Part shown: positions 1 to 9,405 of the stretch, in pieces
Layout: each line of letters starts with the position of its first letter
How positions within the stretch are numbered: the first letter of the stretch is position 1
Source of the DNA: Candidatus Latescibacterota bacterium
GTDB lineage: Bacteria; Latescibacterota; UBA2968; UBA8231
DNA: 64,000 nt
Assembly (NCBI GenBank): GCA_965205655.1
Contig: CBDBIJ010000015.1
Span: forward strand, 12,971 to 76,970
Direction: 5' to 3'
The notes under the pieces: model-generated
What the model was told of the DNA's origin: nothing
Databases searched by the model: none
Seen by the model: the letters and a program-made list of their open reading frames with translations, nothing else
Position numbers and translations under genes: made by a program

Positions 1-27
1 GTCAACGCGGCAGAGTGCTATTTAAAC

Positions 28-79
28 ATGGGGAGAGACCATGGGGAGAGAGCGACGATGGGGAGAGAGCGACGATGGG
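28..79. repeat. Imperfect tandem direct repeats: atggggagaga(cc) at 28-40 (13 bp), atggggagagagcgacg at 41-57 and again at 58-74 (two identical 17-bp units), then a partial atggg at 75-79.
   Basis: Read directly from the sequence. The period is not a multiple of 3, and the array sits at the 5' end of the SPL-like ORF. Confidence 0.8.
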
Positions 80-693
80 CCCACGCGAACCGGCGCTCCT
101 TCTCCGTCTTCATGTCCAGCTCCACCGACCCCTTCGTGCCGCAAGAGCGTCAGTTCCGACTGACCAGGGCGGGCATCGAAGCCATGCTCGCGGAACCTCC
201 TGACGAGCTCATCCTGCAGACACATTCACATCGCGTCACCGACTATCTCGATCTCTACGGCAGGTTGGCAGTGAGCACGGATCTGCGCTTCCACGTCTCC
301 ATCGAGAGCGACCTCGACAGACTGCCGGGACTGCCACCGCCGGCGAGCTCTGTCGAGGATCGCTTTGAGAGTGTCGCCGATCTCGCAGACCGCGATTTGC
401 GCGTCGTCGTCACTGTGTCTCCACTTCTGCCCATGCGCGATCCCGAGTTCTTCTTCCACAGAATCGCGGCCTCAGCTGACGCTGTCGTCATCGATCATTT
501 CATCCGCGGAGACGGCTCTCCCGATGGCTCTCGCACCTTGAAGACTGCGCTGCCGCGCGCCATGGCCGCCGTCGAAGCGGGGTCGGTCGATCTCGCCTAC
601 CGCGACTCCATCGTCGAGATCGCCCGCCAAATAATGCCCGGCCGAGTCGGCGTGAGTGTCGATGGCTTTGCTGGTCGAATGCTGCCGGTTTAG
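28..693 (+). CDS. Radical-SAM SPL-family (DNA-photolyase-like) protein, C-terminal part. The reading frame is open to the window start and the start is uncertain.
   Basis: The TDPFxP motif typical of COG1533/SPL radical-SAM proteins is present, together with a conserved C-terminal region. No CxxxCxxC cluster occurs in any frame in window positions 1-100, and a frame-shifting tandem repeat lies at the 5' end. Confidence 0.4.
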   Translation: MGRDHGERATMGRERRWAHANRRSFSVFMSSSTDPFVPQERQFRLTRAGIEAMLAEPPDELILQTHSHRVTDYLDLYGRLAVSTDLRFHVSIESDLDRLPGLPPPASSVEDRFESVADLADRDLRVVVTVSPLLPMRDPEFFFHRIAASADAVVIDHFIRGDGSPDGSRTLKTALPRAMAAVEAGSVDLAYRDSIVEIARQIMPGRVGVSVDGFAGRMLPV

Positions 694-2017
694 TTTGGCT
701 CAAAACAACCTCCCCGTGTGGCGCGTAACCCTCCTCCTCGGCCCCGCCGTCATCGCCGCGAGCTTCTGGCTTGCCGTCGCAAAGGTCGAGCCGTTCGCCT
801 CCAATATCTATCTCTTCGCCTGGTACGGACTCATCCTCTCCTTCGATCAGATCATTCGCCACATCGAAGATCGCTCGCTCATAGCGCGCCTCGGTCCGTC
901 GTTTTTTCTCGTCCTATTCTGGTCGTCGGCAACCTGGTTCATCTTTGAGCTCGTCAACCTCCGCATCCAGAACTGGTACTACATTTTCCTCGCCGAAGAC
1001 CTCGTCGTCCGCTTCGTCGGAACCGTCGTCAGCTTCGCCACCGTCCTTCCCGGTATCTTCTGGATCGATCACTGCTTGGCCCTCAAGGGCGTGGGACGCC
1101 CGGGGCGCTGGCGGCGGCTTCGATTCTCGAATCCTTCCCTTTACGCCCTCCAGCTCGACGGTCTCCTGATGATGATGCTCGCTCTCGTGTGGCCGCAGTA
1201 CTTTTTCCCCCTGGTGTGGGTCGCGCTGACTCTGTTCGTCGCACCCATCAATTATCGCCGCGGTATCGACGGACTTCTCGCTCAGCTCGAGGTCGGCAAC
1301 TACGGTCCCACCCTGCGGCTGCTCCTCACTGGACTGATCGCCGGGGTTTTCTGGGAGTTCTTCAACTTCTGGGCGAGGTCGAAATGGATTTACACCGTTC
1401 CCTACTTCGATGAGCTCAAGCTTTTCGAGATGCCCATTCTCGGTTTTCTCGGCTTTCCGCCCTTCGCCGTGGAGTGTGCCTGCCTATACAGATTGCTCGT
1501 TTGGCATCGGCTTGCACCTCCCTTTGGTGCCTTCACCCGACAGAAGGAGGAGACTGGCCGGCTGACACGGGGCGTCGCCATCGTCGCCGCCGCAATCTGC
1601 TCTGTTGGCTCATTCTACTACATGGATCGTCAGACCGTGGTGTCCTATGCGCCGCGGATCGATGACGTGCAGGCATTGTCCGAGCAAGATCGTCGGCGGC
1701 TGGACGAACTCGGAATCCGCTATCTGACCGAGTTGGAGGGGACGGGATCGGATGCTCTGTGGAGGAAGCTGAAGGACGAGTTCGGCAATGAGGACACAGA
1801 CAGAATCTGGCGAACTTCGAGCCTCTATCTGCACCAGGGAATCGGCGTCAAGACAGGGAACCTCATCGTCGAAGCCGGCTACGGCTCTCTCGACGACCTA
1901 GTGGGTTACTCTGCCGACGAGATTCGCGAACAGCTGACGAGCGTGGCCGGAGATCGTCGTGTGCCCACCCTGGCCCAGATCCGAGTCTGGATTCGACGGC
2001 TCCCTCGATCAGGTTGA
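656..2017 (+). CDS. Polytopic membrane protein with a C-terminal tandem helix-hairpin-helix (HhH) domain.
   Basis: About 8 predicted TM helices fill the N-terminal 300 aa. The C-terminus carries two HhH-like motifs (LDELGIRYLTELEGTGSDALWRKL and GIGVKTGNLIVEAGYGSLDDLVGYSADEI). The exact start is uncertain. Confidence 0.5.
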   Translation: MSMALLVECCRFSLAQNNLPVWRVTLLLGPAVIAASFWLAVAKVEPFASNIYLFAWYGLILSFDQIIRHIEDRSLIARLGPSFFLVLFWSSATWFIFELVNLRIQNWYYIFLAEDLVVRFVGTVVSFATVLPGIFWIDHCLALKGVGRPGRWRRLRFSNPSLYALQLDGLLMMMLALVWPQYFFPLVWVALTLFVAPINYRRGIDGLLAQLEVGNYGPTLRLLLTGLIAGVFWEFFNFWARSKWIYTVPYFDELKLFEMPILGFLGFPPFAVECACLYRLLVWHRLAPPFGAFTRQKEETGRLTRGVAIVAAAICSVGSFYYMDRQTVVSYAPRIDDVQALSEQDRRRLDELGIRYLTELEGTGSDALWRKLKDEFGNEDTDRIWRTSSLYLHQGIGVKTGNLIVEAGYGSLDDLVGYSADEIREQLTSVAGDRRVPTLAQIRVWIRRLPRSG

Positions 2018-2120
2018 TCGCCGGCTACTTGATCTGGCGCTCGACAATGTCGAAATACTACGCGTCACCGTCCTATTGTCAGATGAGGTAAACAGCAGCC
2101 TGGCGCTGTAACGCCACCCA

Positions 2121-2927
2121 ATGCCCGCGATTCTGTGTCCCAGCTGTCGCAAGCTCATCAACAGCGACGAGCCGCGCTGTCCCTACTGTGGTCAGTTGCG
2201 GCCGGGAATGTTCGGGCTCACCACCTTTCTGCGGCGTCTCGGTCTTCAGGTCGACTTCCCGCATATCATCACCGTCGTCTGCGTCGCCCTCTATGTGGTT
2301 GCCCTCCTGCTCGATCCCGGCGCCATCCTCGAACCGCGGGGCATGATGAGTATTCTCGCCCCCAGCATGCAATCGAGTTTCAAAGTGGGGATGAGCGGGG
2401 CGTACCCCGTTTTTCAGGAAGGTCGCTGGTGGACGATCTTCACCGCCATCTACCTGCACGGTGGACTCATTCACATCCTCTTCAACATGATGTGGGTAAG
2501 GCAACTCGGTCCACTCGTCGAGGAGCTGTTCGGCCCCTTTCGTCTCTTCGTCATCTTCACCGTCTCCGGCGCCGCCGGCTTCGTCGTCTCGTCGTATATG
2601 GGCAACGCCTTCACTCTCGGCGCCTCCGGCTCCATCTTCGGGCTCCTCGCCGCGGCCATCGTCTACGGTCGCCAGCGCGGAAGCACCATGTTCACCCGCC
2701 AGTTTCTGCAGTGGGCGGTCATGCTCTTCATCTTCGGTCTCTTCTTCGACGGCGTAGACAACTCGGCCCACGCCGGTGGCTTTGTCGGCGGCTACGCCAC
2801 CGCCCTCGCTTTCAGCCGCCAGCAGGGCGATCGCGAGGGGATCGGCACCTACCTCCTCGCCGGCCTGTGCCTCATCGCCACCTTCGTGGCCTTCGCTCTG
2901 CAACTGCTGCGGGCCCTCCTCGTCTGA
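2121..2927 (+). CDS. Rhomboid-family intramembrane serine protease with an N-terminal zinc-ribbon.
   Basis: N-terminal CPSCx9CPYC zinc ribbon. GASGSIFGLL (GxSG catalytic Ser) and AHAGGFVGG (catalytic His) lie in TM segments. Confidence 0.8.
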   Translation: MPAILCPSCRKLINSDEPRCPYCGQLRPGMFGLTTFLRRLGLQVDFPHIITVVCVALYVVALLLDPGAILEPRGMMSILAPSMQSSFKVGMSGAYPVFQEGRWWTIFTAIYLHGGLIHILFNMMWVRQLGPLVEELFGPFRLFVIFTVSGAAGFVVSSYMGNAFTLGASGSIFGLLAAAIVYGRQRGSTMFTRQFLQWAVMLFIFGLFFDGVDNSAHAGGFVGGYATALAFSRQQGDREGIGTYLLAGLCLIATFVAFALQLLRALLV

Positions 2928-2928
2928 G

Positions 2929-3690
2929 ATGCCGACGTCGAAAAAGGCCTCATTGGAGGCAGCTCCAGAGGAGGCAGCTCCAGAGGAGGCAGCTCCAGAG
3001 GAGGCAGCTCCAGAGGAGGCAGCTCCAGAGGAGGCAGCTCCAGAGGAGCTGGCCGTCTTCGACGATGAAGGCCGGCAAATCGGCGTCAAGTCGCGCGCCG
3101 ACGTCCACCGCGATGGAGACTGGCATCAACTCGTGTTTGTCTGGTGTGCCTGGGTGGATGAAGATGGCGCAGGACGAATGCTTCTACAGCAGCGAGCTCG
3201 TCCCGGCGATCCCTACGCCAGCAACCTGGATGCTCCGGCCGGCGGACACGTCGTCGCCGCCGAGTCCCACTTCGAAGCGGCGGGAAGAGAATTCGCCGAG
3301 GAGGTCGGTGTCGAGCTCGCAGAGCAAGACCTCATCTATCTGGGGCAGTCCAGGCTCGACAATCCCACCGGTACCTGCCGCCGCGTCATTCAGCACTTCT
3401 ATCTGGCACGCATGCCCGTCGACCTGACAGAGCTGAGATTCAACGAGGAGGTAAACGGTTTCGTCGTGGCTGAGCTGGAAGGGTTTGCCGAGGTCGTGGA
3501 GGGACGACGGTCGAGCCTGGAGGCCCAGGCCCGCTTTCAATCGGCGCCGGGGGAGGTTGTCGCTTTCGCCGTGACCGGGAACGCCTTTACCTACCCCGAG
3601 CGAATCATGGACGTGATTCGCAAGTCGGTGGCAGCCATTCGTGCCGCTCTCTTCGACCGCCGCATCGATCTCGACATCTGGACCGATTAG
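2929..3690 (+). CDS. NUDIX hydrolase with an N-terminal (AAPEE)n repeat linker.
   Basis: Perfect Nudix box GGHVVAAESHFEAAGREFAEEVGV (Gx5Ex7REUxEExGU). The ATG at 2929 sits 1 nt after the rhomboid stop. Confidence 0.8.
   Translation: MPTSKKASLEAAPEEAAPEEAAPEEAAPEEAAPEEAAPEELAVFDDEGRQIGVKSRADVHRDGDWHQLVFVWCAWVDEDGAGRMLLQQRARPGDPYASNLDAPAGGHVVAAESHFEAAGREFAEEVGVELAEQDLIYLGQSRLDNPTGTCRRVIQHFYLARMPVDLTELRFNEEVNGFVVAELEGFAEVVEGRRSSLEAQARFQSAPGEVVAFAVTGNAFTYPERIMDVIRKSVAAIRAALFDRRIDLDIWTD
2956..3045 (+). repeat. A 15-bp unit gaggcagctccagag in 6 perfect tandem copies, in frame (5 codons per unit).
   Basis: Read directly. It encodes (EAAPE)x6 at the N-terminus of the NUDIX protein. The same repeat produces the spurious GAASS ORF on the minus strand. 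Confidence 0.9.
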
Positions 3691-3702
3691 CCGAGCCTGC
3701 TC

Positions 3703-5184
3703 TCAGACCTTCGCGCTCTGCCGAATGTAGGCCCTCATGTGCTCGCGCGCCCTGCCGTCGTCAATCGCCGCTCGGGCCCTCGAAACAGATTCATTCTTCC
3801 CAGCGCAGATTCCGAGCCAATAGTCGATCATGGCGGCGTTGAGCACGATGCGGTCCTGCACGTGGCCCGGCTCTCCTTCGAGAGCCCGCATACCGGCTCG
3901 TGCGAAGGACTCGGCGGTCACCGGTTCGAGTCGCGGATTCTGGTCGTAGTTGAAACCGAGCGCGGCAGGGTCCACATCAGAGGCAAACTCCCCGCGCCCA
4001 GGCTCTACCGCTCGAAAGCCCTGAGTGAAATTGATCGCTTTGCGTTCATCCGAAGAGGGTTTGCCCAGGCGCAGTGAGTAGCCGGTCGAACCCTCTTCCC
4101 CCTTTATCACAACACCGGCGCGGTAGCCACGATCCTTCATCAGTCCCAGCAGCTTCTCCTCGTATCCAACGTGGAAGAAGCCGACTGCCATGTAGTTGTC
4201 ATTCGGGCAGACATACAATTGCTGTGCCTTTTCCGTCGTCGCCCAGGGAGGGCGCTTGGCGATGTGGCTCCTCAACTCCCGAAGTCGATACAATTGCGGT
4301 GCGTACTGCTTCTGGGAAACGTAGGCGAATCCGACCTCCGGATTCTCCAGCAGCTTCGCCGCTTGCTGGAGCGACAGGTCCGTTTTCGCCCCGAGCGCCC
4401 GGAGTATTTGCTCATCCGTGATTCCTCTTTTTGGGGGCAGCTCGTCCACTCCGTGCAGGACCGTCGACTCCTCGCAGGCGGCTCTCACGGCCGCCACAAA
4501 CGGGGTGGAGCGGACGTAGCGCGTGTTGCCGTCGAAGGGCTCTCCCATGTGCGTCAGCGATCGCACCGAGATTTCCATCGTCTCGTCCGGCGACACGACC
4601 GCGTCGCAGTATCCGCGAACCTCTTCGAAGCTCTCGATATTCATGCGCTGCCCGATGATGGCGGCCGCCTTCAGCCCCTCCCGAACCTCGCCGCCCAGAA
4701 TGGCCTCGCACATCTGCCGCGTCGTTTCATAGTCGAGATGCTCACCGGCGAGAATTCGTCTCAGTGCGCCTAGCACGAGGATCTCGTCCGGACCCTCTCC
4801 GGCGAAATCGCTGTCGGGATCCATGAGGAAGCGGATATGGTCGGGCAGCGTACGCTCGAGCGCCTCTCCGTACCTGGCGAAAGCCGCACGCTCCGCCTCG
4901 TTCCAATTCGTGCTCTCCTCGAACCCCTTGCGGATCGTCATCGCCGCGAAAAATGCGCCCATCTGGGCGTCGGACACCTGCTCTGCCGATGCGAGCTCAT
5001 CTCGCGCCGAGCGCAGAATGAGTTCGAGTACTCGATCGGGCTGCGGATCGGTTGGCTTGCCGCCCAGGGGTCGGGACTGGTGCGGTCCGGTGCAGACCCT
5101 CCGCTGCGCTTCGAGCACCTCCTCATTCGGTCCCGGGAATCGCGCTGTGAGATCCGCGGGCGCGGCGATTTTTTCGGCGTGCAT
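3703..5184 (-). CDS. Glycosyl-transferase family 3 / TrpD-like (anthranilate phosphoribosyltransferase-like, YbiB-like) protein.
   Basis: A TrpD-like N-terminal helical bundle (MCEAILGGEV...AAIIGQRMNIESFEEVRGY) is followed by a distant GT3-like domain. The assignment is weak. Confidence 0.35.
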   Translation of the reverse strand: MHAEKIAAPADLTARFPGPNEEVLEAQRRVCTGPHQSRPLGGKPTDPQPDRVLELILRSARDELASAEQVSDAQMGAFFAAMTIRKGFEESTNWNEAERAAFARYGEALERTLPDHIRFLMDPDSDFAGEGPDEILVLGALRRILAGEHLDYETTRQMCEAILGGEVREGLKAAAIIGQRMNIESFEEVRGYCDAVVSPDETMEISVRSLTHMGEPFDGNTRYVRSTPFVAAVRAACEESTVLHGVDELPPKRGITDEQILRALGAKTDLSLQQAAKLLENPEVGFAYVSQKQYAPQLYRLRELRSHIAKRPPWATTEKAQQLYVCPNDNYMAVGFFHVGYEEKLLGLMKDRGYRAGVVIKGEEGSTGYSLRLGKPSSDERKAINFTQGFRAVEPGRGEFASDVDPAALGFNYDQNPRLEPVTAESFARAGMRALEGEPGHVQDRIVLNAAMIDYWLGICAGKNESVSRARAAIDDGRAREHMRAYIRQSAKV

Positions 5185-5283
5185 TCGCTTAACCAGTCGT
5201 GTGGGTCCGCAGAGCGCTCTCCGGCTCCGTTGGCCCAGTCGCAGCTCCTGTAAAGATTGTCTTCGATTGCCCCGAACGTGTCA

Positions 5284-5984
5284 ATGAAATGACAAACCGC
5301 GAGAGCATACGACGCACGCTCAGTCGCATTGATGGCCTCGGATACAAGGCCTACAAAGATCTTCGCGGCACCTACAGCTTTCCCGAACTGATTCTCTACA
5401 TCGACCACGTTCAGGGCGACCCCTTTGCCGCGCCGAGTAGATTGCGGATTCGCATCGCCCAGGAGCGGGCGCAATACCCGGACCATCTGTTTGCCAATCC
5501 GAGTCGACGTCGCGCTCTGTGCACCTACATGGCGGGCCGGTTCGCCTGCGCCGCAGACCGAGCGGCCATCAGATCGGGCTCGGGCAAGAGCGGACTCATC
5601 CAGATCGATTCGCCGGGGCAGGAGATCCTCGAGCGATCCTGCATACAGGTGACCGACGCATATGTCGAAGCTCGGTTTTTCGTGGGACTGCCCGCCGCCG
5701 GCAGGCGCGTGTTGGGAGAGCTTGCGACGAAGCTGTTGTGTGAAGCGATCCCCACCATCGCCGAGAGCGCCCTCATTTACCGCAACAGCGACGCCGCCGC
5801 GATCGATCGCTTCGTCTGTACGTGTGAGGACGCCGATGCCCTGCGCTCTTCGATCGCCACGCGCGGCCTCGTTGCCTTCGTCGCCGATGGGGCGCTGCTG
5901 CCGCGAGCGACCGGTGTCGACGACCGTCCTCTCAGCGGCGATGGGGTCGTCAGATTCGAAGTAACCGTTCACGTCCCTGCGTGA
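5284..5984 (+). pseudogene. 5' fragment of a PF09818-type gene (predicted ATPase of the ABC class), truncated by an IS66-family insertion.
   Basis: Begins MTNRESIRRTLSRIDGLGYKAYKDL, typical of the ABC_ATPase family. The frame ends 8 codons into the IS after ...GVVRFE. Confidence 0.7.
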
Positions 5985-7601
5985 CGGGTGTGTTGTGGCG
6001 GGATCTGGTGGTGTTGTGGATCTATGCGCGCGTGGACGCGGACTGCGGCAAGAGCGAAGGAGCGTGCCGGTGGTGCAGAGTAGCCTGACAGACCTCCGTG
6101 AGGTAGTCGAGTACGTTGCGTTGCTGTTGGCGCAGCGTGTCGCGCACGGTGAGTATGCGCTCGACGAAGCGGCTGCCCGCAGGACTGTGGGTGCCGAAGC
6201 TGCCCTTGCGCCACAACACCCCGTGGCGCAGCGCTCGCTCGGCGGCGTTGTTCGTGGGCTCAACACCTTCCTTACGGACGAAGGTCCACAAGGCCGGTTC
6301 GATGGCGGCCAGGTTGGCGCAGGTCCTGGCGGTCTTCTCGTCGGCCAACAGCTCGCCTTGCCACAGCCTAAGACGGAACCGCAGTCGCAGGTCGCTGATG
6401 TAGGTCTGCAAGCTGGATCGCTCCAGCGTGCCGTCGCGAACGCGATGCCACCAGGAGAACATCTGGTGCGTGAACTCCAGCAGCTGCTGGCCGACCCAGG
6501 CCGCGTCGCCCCCTCGGTCGACGAACTTCTCGAAAGTGCGCTCCAGGTGCGACCAGCAGGCCTGGCGCTGCAACACGGGCAAGTAGCCGTAGGCCTTGTG
6601 GCGATCGGAGCCCACGATGGCGGTGGTGTCGTCTCCCAAGAGCTCACGGGCCACCTCGCTGTCGCGGCGCGAACGGATGGCAAATACGGTGACCAGATCG
6701 GTGGCCACGGTCCACAGCCAGGCGTTTTCGCGCGCTTCGCGCCAGCCGGTCTCATCGATATGCACCGCCGCTTGTTGCCGCACGTAGTCGCGTGCGTCTT
6801 CGACCGGAGCCGCCAGCGCCTCGGACACATGCTGTTCCAACTGGCTGACCGAGCCGACGGCCAGATCGAGGCTGAACGCGTCGGCGAGCAGGGCGACGAT
6901 GTTGCGCTTGCTCATCCGGTAGGCGCCCGACAACAGACCGATCCAGGCCTGCACACTCGGACCAAAGCGGCTGCGTGGCACCGACTCGGGCCAGTCGGCT
7001 TCGGTGAGCACGTCGCAGCCCGGACAGCGCAGGGTGTGCACCTGGTACTCGGTGACCTGAGGTCGTACCGGCGGGATCTCGAACACCTGGCGGCGCTGCG
7101 GATGGGGATCGTCGCCGCTCAAGGCGTGGCCGCACTGTCGGCACGCGGTGGGCTTGACCGGCACCAACGTGTCCACCTGCTCCACCGACAGCAGCGTTCG
7201 CCCATGCCCTTGGTGCCCGGGTTGTGCCCCTGGCGAGCGGCCCGACGGGCGCTTGCGGCGACTCGACGTCGAGGCGCCCGCCTCTTCGCTCTGGCCGGAT
7301 GGCGGCGGCTTGTCGGACGGCGGCGATCCATGACGACGGCGCCCGCCGCGCTGCAGCTCGGCCACTTGGCGTTCCAGCTGCTTCACTCGCTGCTGAACCT
7401 CCAACAGCGACATGACGAGGAGCTGCACCGCCTTCGGCGTCTGCTGCCAATCGGCGTCGGAAACCGGAATGCCAGGAAGTTTCTCCACTGGGCTCCTCGG
7501 GTAGGTCAGCGTACAACCACTGTCCGAAGATACCAGCAATCGCTGAATGAGAACAGCTTTTTCTCACGTTACGGAGCACTCCTACGGGACTGAACGGTTA
7601 C
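5961..7601 (-). mobile_element. IS66-family insertion sequence (ISBst12-like single-ORF type), 1641 bp.
   Basis: The 11-bp terminal inverted repeats are perfect (GTAACCGTTCA ... TGAACGGTTAC). An 8-bp direct target duplication GATTCGAA lies at 5953-5960 and 7602-7609. Removing the element plus one TSD copy restores a continuous reading frame. Confidence 0.85.
6022..7539 (-). CDS. IS66-family transposase (TnpC-like).
   Basis: N-terminal leucine-zipper-like region, CxxC...CxxC zinc-finger motifs (CRQCGH...CPGCD) and a DDE catalytic region typical of IS66 TnpC. No tnpA or tnpB ORFs are present. Confidence 0.85.
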   Translation of the reverse strand: MLVSSDSGCTLTYPRSPVEKLPGIPVSDADWQQTPKAVQLLVMSLLEVQQRVKQLERQVAELQRGGRRRHGSPPSDKPPPSGQSEEAGASTSSRRKRPSGRSPGAQPGHQGHGRTLLSVEQVDTLVPVKPTACRQCGHALSGDDPHPQRRQVFEIPPVRPQVTEYQVHTLRCPGCDVLTEADWPESVPRSRFGPSVQAWIGLLSGAYRMSKRNIVALLADAFSLDLAVGSVSQLEQHVSEALAAPVEDARDYVRQQAAVHIDETGWREARENAWLWTVATDLVTVFAIRSRRDSEVARELLGDDTTAIVGSDRHKAYGYLPVLQRQACWSHLERTFEKFVDRGGDAAWVGQQLLEFTHQMFSWWHRVRDGTLERSSLQTYISDLRLRFRLRLWQGELLADEKTARTCANLAAIEPALWTFVRKEGVEPTNNAAERALRHGVLWRKGSFGTHSPAGSRFVERILTVRDTLRQQQRNVLDYLTEVCQATLHHRHAPSLLPQSASTRA

Positions 7602-8668
7602 GATTCGAATCTCCACCGAGCCTGCGGGTGGAGATCGAGCTGCCGAATGCAGGCGTCGTTTCAGGGATGGGCATTCCCGCCGGTGTCACCCTCGTCGTCG
7701 GCGGCGGTTTTCACGGCAAGTCCACGCTCCTCAAAGCACTGGAGCTCGGTGTTTACGACCACATTCCCGACGACGGCCGCGAGTTCGTCGTCACCGATCC
7801 CACAGCAGTCGCCATACGCGCCGAAGACGGGCGTCACGTCGCCGGCGTCGATCTGACTCCGTTCATCCGGCATCTCCCCTTCCGGCGCGACACGAGATTC
7901 TTCTCCACGGACAACGCCTCCGGGTCGACGTCGCAGGCGGCCAACATTGTAGAGGCCCTCGAATCCGGCGCCCACCTCCTCCTCATCGACGAAGACACGG
8001 CGGCGACTAACTTCATGATCCGCGACGGCCGTATGCAGCAGCTCATCTCCAGCGATCGGGAACCGATCACACCGTTTGTCGATCGCGTGCGCCAACTGCA
8101 CGAGGAGCACGGCGTCTCAACGATTCTGGTCATGGGAGGCAGCGGCGACTATTTTGCCGTAGCCGACACCGTTATCGCGATGGAGAATTACGCACCGAGA
8201 GATGTCAGCGTCGAAGCCGCTGCCATCGCCGCCGGCTGCGGAAACGACCGCCGCCGCGAATCCCGGGGACCTTTTGGCCGGCTGACGGGCAGGATTCCCG
8301 ATCGCGCCAGCATCGATCCTCGAAGAGGGCGTCGCGCCAGGAGTGTGCAAATCCGCGGTGCGTCTATCGGTCTGGGCGCGGAGACAATCGATCTATCTGC
8401 TGTCGAGCAGCTCGTCCATTCAAGCCAGACCCGAGCGCTGGCCGCCGCTATCCTCTACGCTGTCGACCACTATATGAATGACCGACGACCGCTGAGCGAA
8501 CTGCTCGATTGCGTCATGGCGGACCTCCAGGCTGGCGGATTGGACATCCTCAGCGAGCACCCTCCCTGCGATTACGCTCTTTTCCGACGATTCGAGCTCG
8601 CTGCCGCGCTCAACCGGCTTCGCACCTTCCGGGTCGAGCAGGTCCCTGGTAGTCAGACTGCGCCATGA
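7547..8668 (+). pseudogene. 3' fragment of the same PF09818 ABC_ATPase-family gene; the native sequence resumes at about 7602.
   Basis: RFESPPSLRVEIELPNAGVVSGMGIPAGVTLVVGGGFHGKSTLL (Walker A), followed by ...LLLIDEDTAATNF (Walker B-like). Confidence 0.75.
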
Positions 8669-9405
8669 TCAGCCTGGAGAACGTCACAAAGCGCTACGGT
8701 CAGCTCACCGCCGTTGACGACGTGAGTTTTCGCGTCAACGAGGGCGAGATCGTCGGCTTCGTCGGCCCGAACGGCGCCGGCAAAAGCACGGCTCTCAAGA
8801 TGCTGGCGACCTACATCTACCCGACAGCCGGCACCATCACCGTCGATGGTCTCGATGTCGTCGCAGACGCAGTTGAAGTGCGCAGACGGATCGGCTACCT
8901 GGCGGGCGACACGCCGCTCTACAAGGATATGCGGGCGGAGGATTTCCTTCGCTTTATCGGTAAAGCCCGAGGATTGACCGGCGACGAGCTGTCCACCCAG
9001 CTCGATCGAATCGTCGATATCTGCGATATCGAGTCCATCCGGAATCAGCGCATCGATCAATGCTCCACCGGGTTTCGCCAACGGCTCGGACTCGCCAGCG
9101 CCATGATCCACGACCCACCTATCCTCCTGCTCGACGAACCGACTCATGGTTTCGACCCGCTTCAGGTTCTCGCCTTCCGCGAGATGCTGAACGCGCTCAA
9201 GCCGGGCCGCGCCATCCTCTTCAGTACACATATCGTCGCTGATGTGGAGGCCATCTCCGACCGCGTCGTCGCCATTCACCTCGGCCGCCTGCTGGCCGAC
9301 GGCTCGGTGTCCGAACTCGCCGCTGGTGTTGGCAGGCCGGATGCCTCTCTCGAGGATGTGTTCGCCCAGCTCGTTCGCTCCACCTCTTCGACACCGGCGA
9401 AATGA
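8665..9405 (+). CDS. ABC transporter ATP-binding protein (GldA-like).
   Basis: Walker A GPNGAGKST, ABC signature LSTGFRQRL and Walker B ILLLDEP. Confidence 0.9.
   Translation: MISLENVTKRYGQLTAVDDVSFRVNEGEIVGFVGPNGAGKSTALKMLATYIYPTAGTITVDGLDVVADAVEVRRRIGYLAGDTPLYKDMRAEDFLRFIGKARGLTGDELSTQLDRIVDICDIESIRNQRIDQCSTGFRQRLGLASAMIHDPPILLLDEPTHGFDPLQVLAFREMLNALKPGRAILFSTHIVADVEAISDRVVAIHLGRLLADGSVSELAAGVGRPDASLEDVFAQLVRSTSSTPAK

Noticed and set aside
2079-3427. ORFs 2079..3089 (-) and 2135..3427 (+) containing GAASS and RRQLQ repeats.
   Set aside because: They are alternative-frame readings of the 15-bp tandem repeat and of the rhomboid and NUDIX genes, with no independent support.
4938-7593. Very long antisense or overlapping ORFs (4938..6830 -, 5995..7593 +, and similar ones such as 15700..17349 +, 19386..20330 +, 22743..23792 +, 30470..31951 +, 35590..36873 +).
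   Set aside because: Their products are low-complexity, rich in Arg/Ala/Pro/Gly and without motifs, and they overlap well-supported genes on the opposite strand. This is the expected behaviour of high-GC DNA with few stop codons.
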